64,000 nt of DNA from the human T2T-CHM13v2.0 reference genome, Homo sapiens. The notes beneath the pieces are model-generated. The model saw only the letters and a program-made list of their open reading frames with translations, was not told the DNA's origin and did no database searches. Positions 18,319 through 30,867 of the stretch are shown piece by piece; position 1 is the first letter of the stretch; the number at the start of each line of letters is the position of its first letter. Where the stretch lies: assembly GCF_009914755.1 (NCBI RefSeq), contig NC_060936.1. One strand, written 5' to 3'. Both the position numbers and the translations under genes were made by a program.

Positions 18319-18321
18319 CAT
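18319..18321 (-). CDS. DNAI7: DNAI7/CASC1 exon 1 coding part (ATG only; 5'UTR extends to ~18400)
   Basis: Minus strand GACTCTTAATG|gtgagc, consensus donor directly after ATG, inside the CpG island. Confidence 0.8.
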
Positions 18322-18339
18322 TAAGAGTCAAGCTCCACT

Positions 18340-18830
18340 GCAGTAGTCCGCAGAGTCGGAGCAGAAATTGTGTGGACAAACGCTCCCGGGTTGCCCGGAC
18401 GACAGGCCCCGCCCACTTGAGCTCCAGGAAAAGAGCGCAGCCGCGCGGAGGCTCTTCCGGCCGGCGCCCCGCCCCCTTTACTGACAGGTTGCCCACCTCC
18501 CCCAACGCCACCCCGCTTCGCAGTAGACGGACAGAGGAGTCGTAGCGGTCGAGGCTTTTGCGGCTCCGGCGTGCCGGAAAGTGCGTGAGTGCCGCCGCCG
18601 GGGAGTTTTGTTCCATTTCCCGGATCCTGGGGTCTGGAGGCGAAATATGCTCTGGGCGAGGACCACCGGGTGTGGGAAGAGGGTTCTGAGCGTCTCCTGA
18701 CGTTGACGGTTTATTTCCTAGAGTGTGTTGGGTCTTTCTGTGAGGGTTTCGAGAAGGAAACAGGCATGCGACTGGTTCATGCAGCGGACACCCGGTGGGA
18801 GGCCTGGGCCTCTGCGGTTTAAGCCAGCAG
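18340..18830. promoter_or_regulatory. CpG island and bidirectional promoter shared by DNAI7 (-) and ETFRF1 (+)
   Basis: Only non-Alu CpG-rich stretch in the window; GC boxes at 18405-18414 and 18466-18475; ETS-like CTTCCGG at 18454-18460; divergent splice donors on both sides. Confidence 0.88.
18470..18584 (+). other. ETFRF1: ETFRF1/LYRM5 non-coding exon 1 (start approximate)
   Basis: CpG-island segment ending at donor GC|GTGAGT (18585); alternative donor AAA|GTGCGT 4 nt upstream. Confidence 0.65.
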
Positions 18831-20116
18831 GGGGATGGGGCTCATTCGGCAATTTAAAGAGAGAAATAAGTTGGCTCCAGAGGGTTGGTTATTTTAAGAT
18901 TAATGACCTTCGGATTCTTCTTTCTGCTCTATTGTTTACTTTCTGTGCAGCGTACGCGTCCTTTTTCCTAAGAGCGCCCTCAACAAGAATTGAAAATGAA
19001 GCAATTCCTGGCTAAAATATTCCTTAACATGAAGATCGCTGAGGCCCCAAAGACTCATTAGTTTCCCGAGGTCACAGACTAATTGTACTAACCACACAAC
19101 CTTTAGAATTTCAGTCTCCTCCCATATGAAGAAACGCCGGCACCTTACACCGACAGGAAAACTACAATTAAGTGAGGCTGTTCTCCTCAAGCCCGACTGA
19201 GTTCTCTGTAATTGTAGGGCATACCTACACCCTGTTTTAGCATTATGAGACCTGAAATACTTTTAAATTACTGGCACCATTTCTCATCTCTGAATTATAA
19301 GTTTATAATGCTCTATCCCTTCCAGTGTTATTGACTACATGCATTATTCATAGATAAGTAGTAGGACTAAGCTAGTCTTTGTGGGTTAAAGTGTTATTAT
19401 CCCTATTGTAACCTGTAACTATTATAGGTTGTGTAATAGTTATTAGCATTTTACATCCATATCCTGGTAGCAAGATAAAAACATTTTAATAGCGACTTCG
19501 TACAGAGTTCTTACTCAGTTTACCATAGCTGTTTGATATGAAAGTTAAGGCTTCCTTTTAAATTAGTTTCAGTAAAACTAATGTTTAATGATAAAACACC
19601 TCAGTCAACTCAAGTTAGGATTCATTGGGGTAAGGAGATAGTTCAGTAATCCCAAGTTACCTTAAAATAGTGGGCTTTTAGAGGAAAGGCTTTACTGAAG
19701 CTCTCACTGTATCTACCCCATGGGGAACAATGATTAACAACTTTGGCCACCACATAACCCCCAGTAAAATGACAATTTTCCATTAGCCTGGAACTGGAAC
19801 TGGTTAAGTCCTAACTCCTTAGCCTAGAATGACAGGGGGAAAAAACTATCAATGGGGACTGCAACCGCTGTCTCATCCAGCGCACACATCCAAGTTTTCA
19901 GAATAATAGGGGGCTTCTCTTAGTCCTTAACTCTTGGCTCTTTACTTAAAACAGTAACCTCCATGACTTCATGCAGAGTTCAGGAGCAGCCTCAGGGCCC
20001 TGCTGAACTCAAAATTGTTTATTCACTACATTGTGAACCCAAGGAGACCTATTTCTCTTAGTGGCTAAAGTAAACCTAAATGCTTCAAGGTCAACTGCAT
20101 AAAGATAAACTGCATT

Positions 20117-20425
<309 letters not shown>

Positions 20426-20704
20426 TCATATAAGTTAACATATCAAAGAAGAACAAATTTGCCATAGCCACACTAGTTACATTTTTGCTGGGCAAGTGTT
20501 TTATGATACATAATTTGTAAAAAGACCAACAACTAAAAAGGACAACTTAAGCCAGGTCCCTGAAAGCTTTCACAAGTTACAAATTGTGAATTAAATGAAG
20601 CTGTGCTGTTAGGCATTAAACAGGTTATAGTTTGCAATTCGAAATTACATCTATGTATATTTAATTTTAAATTATGTGAAAAGAACATGGTTCCGAAGAG
20701 GTGT

Positions 20705-21026
<322 letters not shown>

Positions 21027-21752
21027 TAGTAAGATTATTTCACGCTGCTAATGGCTCTCTGCCAAAAGAAAAAAAAGGAAGTTTAAAGAATGAAGTAGTT
21101 AATATAGTGGGTTAAATACCCTCATCTAATTTTACTCCCTTCCAAAACTACTAAATCTACAGTAAAATGATATAAAAATAAATTGGAAAAATGGGGACAG
21201 GAGGTAACAGCAATAAAACTCAGAAGCTGGAAAACAGGTGAATGAATGTGACTTAGCACACCAGAAAAACCCAATTCACTCTGCAGAATTCTCAAAAGGC
21301 ACTGAAACACGCACCCTGAAATTGGAAGTGGACTACATGAAAGCTATTTGAGAAACACCTCTAAGTAACTCTACCCCCTTACTCCCATAGAAGACTAGAG
21401 GTTTATTTCTGGACAAAGTAATACTAGTCCCTGGACTGGGGCATCCTCAGGCATTCTAGAGAAGCACACTGGAAACAAAGTTAAGTGAATTTAGGAATAC
21501 ATAATGCTGGATGCAGGGCCCACATTCCTCTTATCCTTAGAAGACTGGAAGACTCAACTCTGAGGAACTGACCAGCCCAGGAGGAGCAATCCAAGATAGT
21601 GACATCAGAGGTTCCCCAGTAAAGGCCCACCCAGAGCACCCTAAGTGAAGCCCAGAGTCTATATGCTTCACCCACGTATACAGATCTAAAAAGCTTTTTT
21701 GTCTTTTCATTCATAAGAGTAGACAGAAAAGAATGACCAGACTTTGGAAGAA

Positions 21753-21859
21753 AGCTCAGAAGTGATAGAGACAGAAGCAAGCAGAAAAGCAATTTGAAGT
21801 AAAACAGCTCAGAAGTGATAAGAGACAAAAGCAAGCAGAAAAGCAATTTGAAGTAAAAC
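21753..21859. repeat. 53/54-bp tandem duplication
   Basis: agctcagaagtgata(a)gagac..aagcaagcagaaaagcaatttgaagtaaaac occurs twice head-to-tail. Confidence 0.92.
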
Positions 21860-22375
21860 AACAGAAAATTTCAAGAAAGCAAGAATCAGTGAACTTGGAA
21901 AGAAAAAATGCCTACATAATATGCTTGTTATGTGAATTAGCTCATTAACTAGTAGTAAGTACAATTTAACAAGTATTAATGTAGAAGTATTTTTTTCCCT
22001 AGGAAAGAGGAGCCAGAAAAGCAGTAAATGTATGACCTTCAGTTAAGAAAAGGTCATGGCTTCACTGCTATGCTGGCGGCAAGTGTCTTTCAGATTTTTT
22101 CATTGATTCAAGTGTATATTCCAGGGTTCCTTCCCCAGAGAGGCATACCCCAAGTTCTGTGTAGCCATCGACTGAGGACAGGTAGAGTCACCTATCCTAC
22201 CCACGAATTGGCAGCCTTGTGGTTTAGATGGATTTCTACTTCCATGTGTTATTTCAGCATCTCTTAGCTCTGTTCTTAGACTTTGGCTGGCATTTCTATT
22301 ATTTTTTTAAGTTTTGCTGAAGTAGAATTGACACTGAATTACACTTACAAAGTATAATTCGATAAATTTGGTTCA

Positions 22376-22859
22376 TATATATACACATCTATATATGCAT
22401 ATTTATAGATATATATGTGCTATAATATATACTACATATAGTATAATATATAGTATACATATTTTTGTTTCCATAGAAACAAAAATAAAAGGAATTACTA
22501 TGTACTATATACTATATATATCTACTATATACTACGTAGTATGTACTACATAGTACATATAGTACATATAGTACATACTGTACTATGTAGTATATAGTAG
22601 ATATATATAGTACATAACTATATATGTACTACATAGTACATACTATGTAGTATATGGTAGATATATATACCATAGTATACTATATACTAAAAATGGCTGG
22701 CTACCTCTGTTTGTCAATATATATTTTAATATATTTTTGCAAGTAATAGAAATGCCAGCAAAAGTCTAAGAACAGGGCTAAGTGGTGGGAAAACTACATA
22801 CTATATACTATATAGTATCTATACTAATTATATAGATTTGTATATATACATATATGTAT

Positions 22860-22892
<33 letters not shown>
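22376..22892. repeat. TA-rich low-complexity/palindromic tract ending in (CA)n, inside an antisense L1M 3' end
   Basis: tatatac/tagtaca units with internal inverted symmetry; (CA)n at ~22864-22892. Confidence 0.9.
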
Positions 22893-22894
<2 letters not shown>

Positions 22895-23171
22895 GAAGCC
22901 ATCACCACAATCAAGACAATAAATATATCCACTATCCACAAAGGTTGCCTTGTGCATCTTTGATTCCTTCCTGGTCTCCAGCCCCTACTCCCATTCCCAG
23001 GCTACTCTATTATAATTTTTGAGTATTTTTAACATCTCTATAGTAGTCTCCAGCTATGCTGAGAGCAATCTGAGTGGTCAAAATTAACTGTCCAGGAAGA
23101 GCAGAAATGAACAACTCAGTAGAACACTTGGAAGAAGAAAATGAGAAAATCCCCCATACAACTAAATAAAA

Positions 23172-23506
<335 letters not shown>

Positions 23507-25182
23507 TTAGAAGTTCAAACATCCAAATAATAAAAGTTCCAGGAAGGGAGAAAAAAGAAAATGGAGGAGGGAGGAAATCATGAATGAAATCATTTAAAAT
23601 TTTTTCCCAAATTGAAGGAAACAAGTGTCCAGATTGCAAGGGCCAACTGAGTGTCCAGTACAATGGATAAAAATAAATCCATTATCAACACATCACTAAC
23701 ATTTCAAAATCTTCATGGAGAAGATTCTGTAAGTTTCTGGGGAGAGAGAGAAAAAATACATCACATACAGAGGATCACTTACCAGGACTGCTTTGAACTT
23801 AATAGCAATGGTAAAAGCAAACAGACAAGCAACTACTTCAAAATGTTGAAAAGAAAATTATTTCCAGCTTTCAATTCTATACTCAGACAAGCTATCAAAC
23901 AAATAGAGGGAGCCAGCCATTTTTAGACATCCAGGGTCTCATTTACCTTCCATGTACCCTTTTCAAGAAGTTAGGATGTGCTCCACAGAAACAAAAATAA
24001 AACCAGGAAATGGAACACTTTGGAATGTAGAAAATGGGATAATCAACATAGAGGATAGGCAAGAGGAATTTCTGGGAGCATGGTCAAGTAGGATTCCAGC
24101 ACCACAGTTGTGCTTCTTGATGTAGAGAGCAGTCAGTCCAGAATCAAGCAGCATGACTCACATTGATGGCTATTATCACTAAGATCCCTGCTGCCATTGT
24201 ATCATCTTTTTAATCTGAGGACATTATGCCCAGGCAAGCCTGGCTCAGATTCTTACCGGTATTTGCCTTGTCTTGACCATGTGGTGATGAAATTCCTGCT
24301 CTCTTCTGTGCTGTGCTGACTGGACCAACTGAGGACACTCATTTTTACCCTTCTTTTTCAACCTATTCCTGAAAGCTGATGTTGGGCGTTGGTGAGCTTA
24401 AAGCAGAAAATAGCCTTCCTCCTTCCCATTTTTGCTATGTATTGGCCAGAAATCAGGTATCAATTCTACACTTTGATCTTTCCACATGCTTCAGTTGTGA
24501 GGAGCCCAGTATTCACTCATGACATTGCAAATTAACTTCTCTAGAAGGGATCCAGAAAGCCTGGAGAAGGTAAAGCCAGACTAGGGCTGTTTGGCTTTAA
24601 TTAACAGCAGCATTGTTGCCCTTTTCCTTGCTAGATTCGTGCTTGCTGCTCAAATTGCCAAAATTAAATATTTAGGGCAATGTTCATGAGTGCTGGGAAA
24701 ACTAAAGAGAATAAGCAGGAAGTCATTAGAGGCTATCTTGGTAGAGATGGGGAAGGAGAAGCAATTGGAGAGGGGCACATGGGGGCTTCTAAGACTTTTG
24801 TTTCATAACTTGAATGATGGGTACCCAGATGTATATTTTACTTTAATTTGTACATTCATATTTTATGCAGTTTCTATGTCTAATACGTATAAAAATTTCA
24901 GATTAAATGAAATACATGAAGGCACTGGCACCCTGCCTTTCAAATTGTAAAAGGTGTAAATTTTGCAAAATGCCTAAAGGGGCAGGTGAGGTCACAATGA
25001 GAATCTACACTATTGTACTTCGGGGTTCAACCCAAACAGAAGTTAACAGGAGAACTTAAATTATGTAGCGCATGATTTTTAATTGAGTATGGTACTGTAA
25101 TTTTAATCCACATTTTCTGCTAGTTAACTATAAAATAACCCTTAAAACTGATCTAAAAGCCTATTTTAAAAATATAAGTTGC

Positions 25183-26016
<834 letters not shown>

Positions 26017-27209
26017 TCACTGTTCAGCAAGAGTATTAAACCCATGTAAAGAGGGGAAATGAAAATAAACCCTGTAGTATTGGAATTGAATGTTAGGTAG
26101 CAGATTATATGGAGATTAATATAAAAGTCATACACACATACAACACCTAAATCCGTATGTATATACACTTGCAGCTTTGTCACTTAGAGGACCTGGGAAC
26201 AGTGACAGTCCCATGGTGATTAGCATTTTTAGCACCCAGACCTTGGTTTCTAAAGCATTCCATCCAGATTATAGTTTCTAAATGCTATTCTCCATTAAAA
26301 GGACTAGGTTCCTTGGAGAAATAATTTTACAATGGACAATCTTAGCAAATACATTAATTGGGTAATCAAAGTTATCAATCACAATGGAACAAATTGCAGT
26401 TGCATCCACCTGATAGGATGCAATGTTAAGAGCTTACTATTCAACTCTAACAGGTAGTGGGAATTATTTTCTAGGTTTAGACTGTCATGATGCCTTTAAG
26501 TTTGGAGCCTCCTCTACAAAGTAGAGTTAACACATTACACATAAAGAAGCATGATTTTGCCTGTTCCTCAGGGACACCCTCTTACAGGTTGTTCATTTGG
26601 CCTCTTCACCACCAATCTTACTGCCCATCTACTATTCCAACCTGCTTAACTCACCCAGTTTCTGCTAGTTTTCAGCCTCCCTTTGGATAAGCACCCATCA
26701 GCATTTGATCAGGCTTCTGCTCAATGTCCTTCAAGTGGCTCTGGCCTTGCCTTGAGAGCAGGGTAAAGATAATCTCTTGTTTGTTGATAAGGAAAACTCA
26801 GGCTCAGCAAGGTTAATTAATCTGTACATTATGCAACTGGAATTTAAATCTAGTTTAACTCATTCCACTGTGGCATAAAAGGAGGTACACGTACCTATCT
26901 GTGATGACAATCCACTTTCTCATTTCCTTCATGTGACTTCTCACAATCACAATTGTCTTTGCTTATGTCTCCCATAGGAAAACGTCAATTATGACAGCAG
27001 GTAATTTTATCGGAAGTGTTTATAACTATATCCCAGTACGTGGAACGAAAAAGTTATCAAGAAATATTTATTGAATGTAAAAAAGGTTACCATTTTCTCA
27101 ATGTGTATAACCTTTTTTTATTTTTTTAAGACTACAATGCAGCTAATTGCAAAAAAATTTTCCTTTCTTTAGGTATGTTATGCATAAAAGTGGATAATTT
27201 ACATGATAA

Positions 27210-27260
27210 ATGAAAATGGCCAATTCTTTAAGAGGAGAAGTACTAAAACTTTATAAAAAT
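27210..27260 (+). CDS. ETFRF1: ETFRF1/LYRM5 first coding exon part (MKMANSLRGEVLKLYKN)
   Basis: Acceptor tttctttag at 27172, ATG at 27210, LYK motif, phase-0 donor GTAAGT at 27261. Confidence 0.95.
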
Positions 27261-27343
27261 GTAAGTAATTATGTTGCCAATTTTATAAAAATGTTATTAT
27301 ATGACATGGATTGTTTAGAAATATATAATCTTTCTTTTTGAAG

Positions 27344-27565
27344 CTGCTGTATCTTGGACGAGACTATCCAAAAGGAGCAGACTATTTTAAAAAGCGTTTG
27401 AAGAACATTTTCCTTAAAAACAAAGATGTGAAGAATCCAGAGAAGATCAAAGAACTTATTGCACAGGGCGAATTTGTAATGAAAGAGCTAGAAGCTTTGT
27501 ACTTCCTTAGGAAATACAGAGCTATGAAACAACGCTATTATTCAGATACCAACAAAACTAATTGA
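27344..27565 (+). CDS. ETFRF1: ETFRF1/LYRM5 last coding exon; electron transfer flavoprotein regulatory factor 1, 90 aa in total
   Basis: After an 83-nt intron, acceptor tttttgaag|CTG; [76 protein letters not shown] family. Confidence 0.97.
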   Translation: MLYLGRDYPKGADYFKKRLKNIFLKNKDVKNPEKIKELIAQGEFVMKELEALYFLRKYRAMKQRYYSDTNKTN

Positions 27566-28242
27566 TCATTACTACTTTAATTTAGCTATCAGTGCCAGCT
27601 GTTTATGTATACCAGATGTTGTAAAATAATTCTAACTTAAAATGGGAAGATATACATGTTGTGTAAAAAATCCCTGAGCTGCCCTACTGAACTAAATAGG
27701 TTTCAACTTCTGTTCATACGGAGAAAGTATCAGCAACTTTATGCTCAATTTTGATACAAACATAGCAATTTAGCTATACTACCGATCATAAATTAATGAG
27801 CACCCAATTTTGAATGAAAATATAATACACTTAATCCTCTAACTTAATAGGACTTAGCCAATTATTTTTAGCTTATTTCTCCATTTTACTGACGAGAATG
27901 CCATTTACCGAACATTTAATAAGCAAAATAATTTCTTACACACTTCTTCTCTTAACTTTTGAAAGGAATCCCTTATTTTTTCACCCAATTTGGTATATTA
28001 ACAGCACATACTCAAGGTTCACTACAAAACAAACAGTTCCTGGTAATGATTTAAATGTAGTTATAGAAATAAATAATATGTATGGAGTCATTACTTCTGA
28101 CCTTGAAATAGCCTGCTGGTGACTGGCATTAACATACATAACTAACTATTCAATTATTTCCATTATTAATGTTGCTGCTGCTACCTTTGGGCCTAAAACC
28201 AAGTCACCTGTTGTGTATCAATTACCTTCTTTGATAAAAGGA

Positions 28243-28252
28243 AATAAATAAA
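28243..28252 (+). terminator. ETFRF1: ETFRF1 polyadenylation signal (overlapping AATAAA pair)
   Basis: aataaataaa followed by a T-rich downstream element; another AATAAA at 28068-28073. Confidence 0.65.
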
Positions 28253-28510
28253 TAATGTTATCCTATTTTTTTGTCATAAAGGCAGATTTGTTTTGCATCT
28301 ACTTCTAAATATGGTTTTAAGTTTAAGCAAACACGCCTTTACATAATATCCACAGCACCTTTTAGAAATAAAGGATACTTCTAACAAGCTGCATAAAAGA
28401 TTCACTGGTATACTATAGTGTCTATGGCTTATAAAGTATTCCATATCCATTTCGGGGCAAACAGTTCAAATTTCATGAATAAATACACACTCATAGTCAC
28501 TGTAACTATT

Positions 28511-28516
28511 TTTATT
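28511..28516 (-). terminator. KRAS: KRAS distal polyadenylation signal
   Basis: AATAAA on the minus strand followed by aatagttacagtgac and a GU-rich downstream element. Confidence 0.82.
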
Positions 28517-30522
28517 ACATTACAATAATTAGGAGTAGTACAGTTCATGACAAAAATATTACAAATTTTAGATCACTTCACAGCACATACTCCTATAAAC
28601 ATTTAAAAGTTAATTTCAATTAAAAGAGTGGTCATTTTTAATGTTTGATATGACCAACATTCCTAGGTCAGCGCAACCAAATGATGGAAAACAACTGGAT
28701 CACACTGCATATGTCCCACAAAAGAAAGCACAATGTACAAAATGTGCATGTTTCAGTTTACACTATACAAAAATAGTTAAAATACATTCCAGGTAAACAT
28801 GTTACATTAAGAAATAGTACTAGTAAGAAATTGGCACTCAAAGGAAAAATGCAAAAGTATTTTCAACATGAAAACACAAGACAGTGGAATTGGAAACTTT
28901 CGGATAAAACACTGTAACCCAGTTAGCTCTGTGGGGGTGTGGGGGGAGAGATGGGCCCTCAACATTTCTGCAGATAACTTTTTTCCCCTAAATTCATCTA
29001 AATTACCTATCATTATCCCAAACAGGCACTTCAAACTATTAAACTAAAACACAGATCTTAATCTAGTTATGACTATTCTTCAAGAACTCATGTGAGTATC
29101 TTTCTTTAGAAAGAAAGTTTCATTTTATGACAGCTATTCAGGTTCTCAATGCAGAATTCATGCTATCCAGTATTAACACAGAAGTTACTAAATATAAATT
29201 CAGCTTTAAGGTAACTGCTGGGTTCTAAAAAACATTACTACACAATTATCAAGAAACCATTACTTTTTGACAAATGGAAATCGTCAGATAGTTTTTGCTG
29301 TCTAAAAAAAAATCCCCTAAAAAAAGTTATATACTGTTTGAAGAAAAAATGTTTAGAAGAAAAAAAAAATCAATGGAATACAAATGAGATGAACTTGTGC
29401 AAACTGTAACTTAACATGCCCCACAAAGTTTCTATGTATATATTAGGACAAAATTGTGCAATGGTGACAACAGTTTTGATAACCTATAAAAGTTAGGTTC
29501 TAAATTCCTATGCAGTGTGACTCAGTTAAATAGAGCCTAGAATGCCTACTTGGGAACATTCACTCAAATGATACAATATACGTCTGCTATATTCTTCCAC
29601 AAACATGTTAATGCCTAAGTCTATGTAATTTAGCTTTTTTTTAAAAAACTTCAACAAGGATTTTTATCTTTAAGGCTGTAATAATTAGGTAACATTTATT
29701 TCTAGAATTCTCCCCCTTTAAAATCTCTACAAAAACAAATCTTTTGTTAAACCATTCAAAGTTCACATAAAGGTAATTACCACTACCTTAAAAAAATGCC
29801 CATCTACATCAAAAATTCAAGAGGCCTAAATATCCCCTCATAAGCACTGCAGTTCCTGAAGTATGGCCATTTCTTTCTCTGTGTAGAAACGAGGTACTGT
29901 GTAAGTCTTAACACCCTACCTAAACAGTGTTCCAAAGATCTGTAGTTTCACATAGCAATTCAGAAATCATAGTGATTTTTACATAGAAGTTTCCTTGTCT
30001 GTGAACTAGTTCAGGCACCTGTTTATTTGTACCCAGATAAAACTATTAATTTTTAAGTATATTTTAATTACTTATGCAGAGAAAACTGGAATATTACACA
30101 TTTGGGTCAATATGAATATCTGACATACACCTTAATGTGTACAGTAATTGTCCCAAAAGAATCACAGTTATGCCAAATAAAAAAACAATATAATCAAGTT
30201 TATTCCTTTAAAACAATGAAGTGATTTACATAAAGTAGCTTGATCGAAGAGTTTCAGTGGAATCGTAGCAAAACAATTATAGAGCTGGCACAGAGACCAA
30301 ACCCCTTCTTTGCAAAACTAAAATACGCATCGTGTTATCTCTGGGTCGTATACCAAAGGCCTTAGTAAGATATTACAGACCACACTAGCACTACCTAAGG
30401 ACCGGGATTATGTCTCTTGTTTGGGGATACCATATACCCAGTGCCTTGTGCGGTGACTGGCATCTGGTAGGCACTCAATAAATATTTGCTGAATAAATGA
30501 GTTCTGCAAAACAGGTTTATGA

Positions 30523-30867
<345 letters not shown>

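Noticed and set aside
18302-19015. Overlapping ORFs on both strands at the CpG island
   Set aside because: Expected from stop-codon depletion in GC-rich DNA; only the 18305-18129 segment has splice support
21753-21859. Direct repeats as a possible CRISPR-like array
   Set aside because: Only two adjacent copies with no spacers, in a mammalian intron
28930-28956. G-run cluster as a possible G-quadruplex in the KRAS 3'UTR
   Set aside because: G-rich on the plus strand, so C-rich in the mRNA, and only three clear G-tracts
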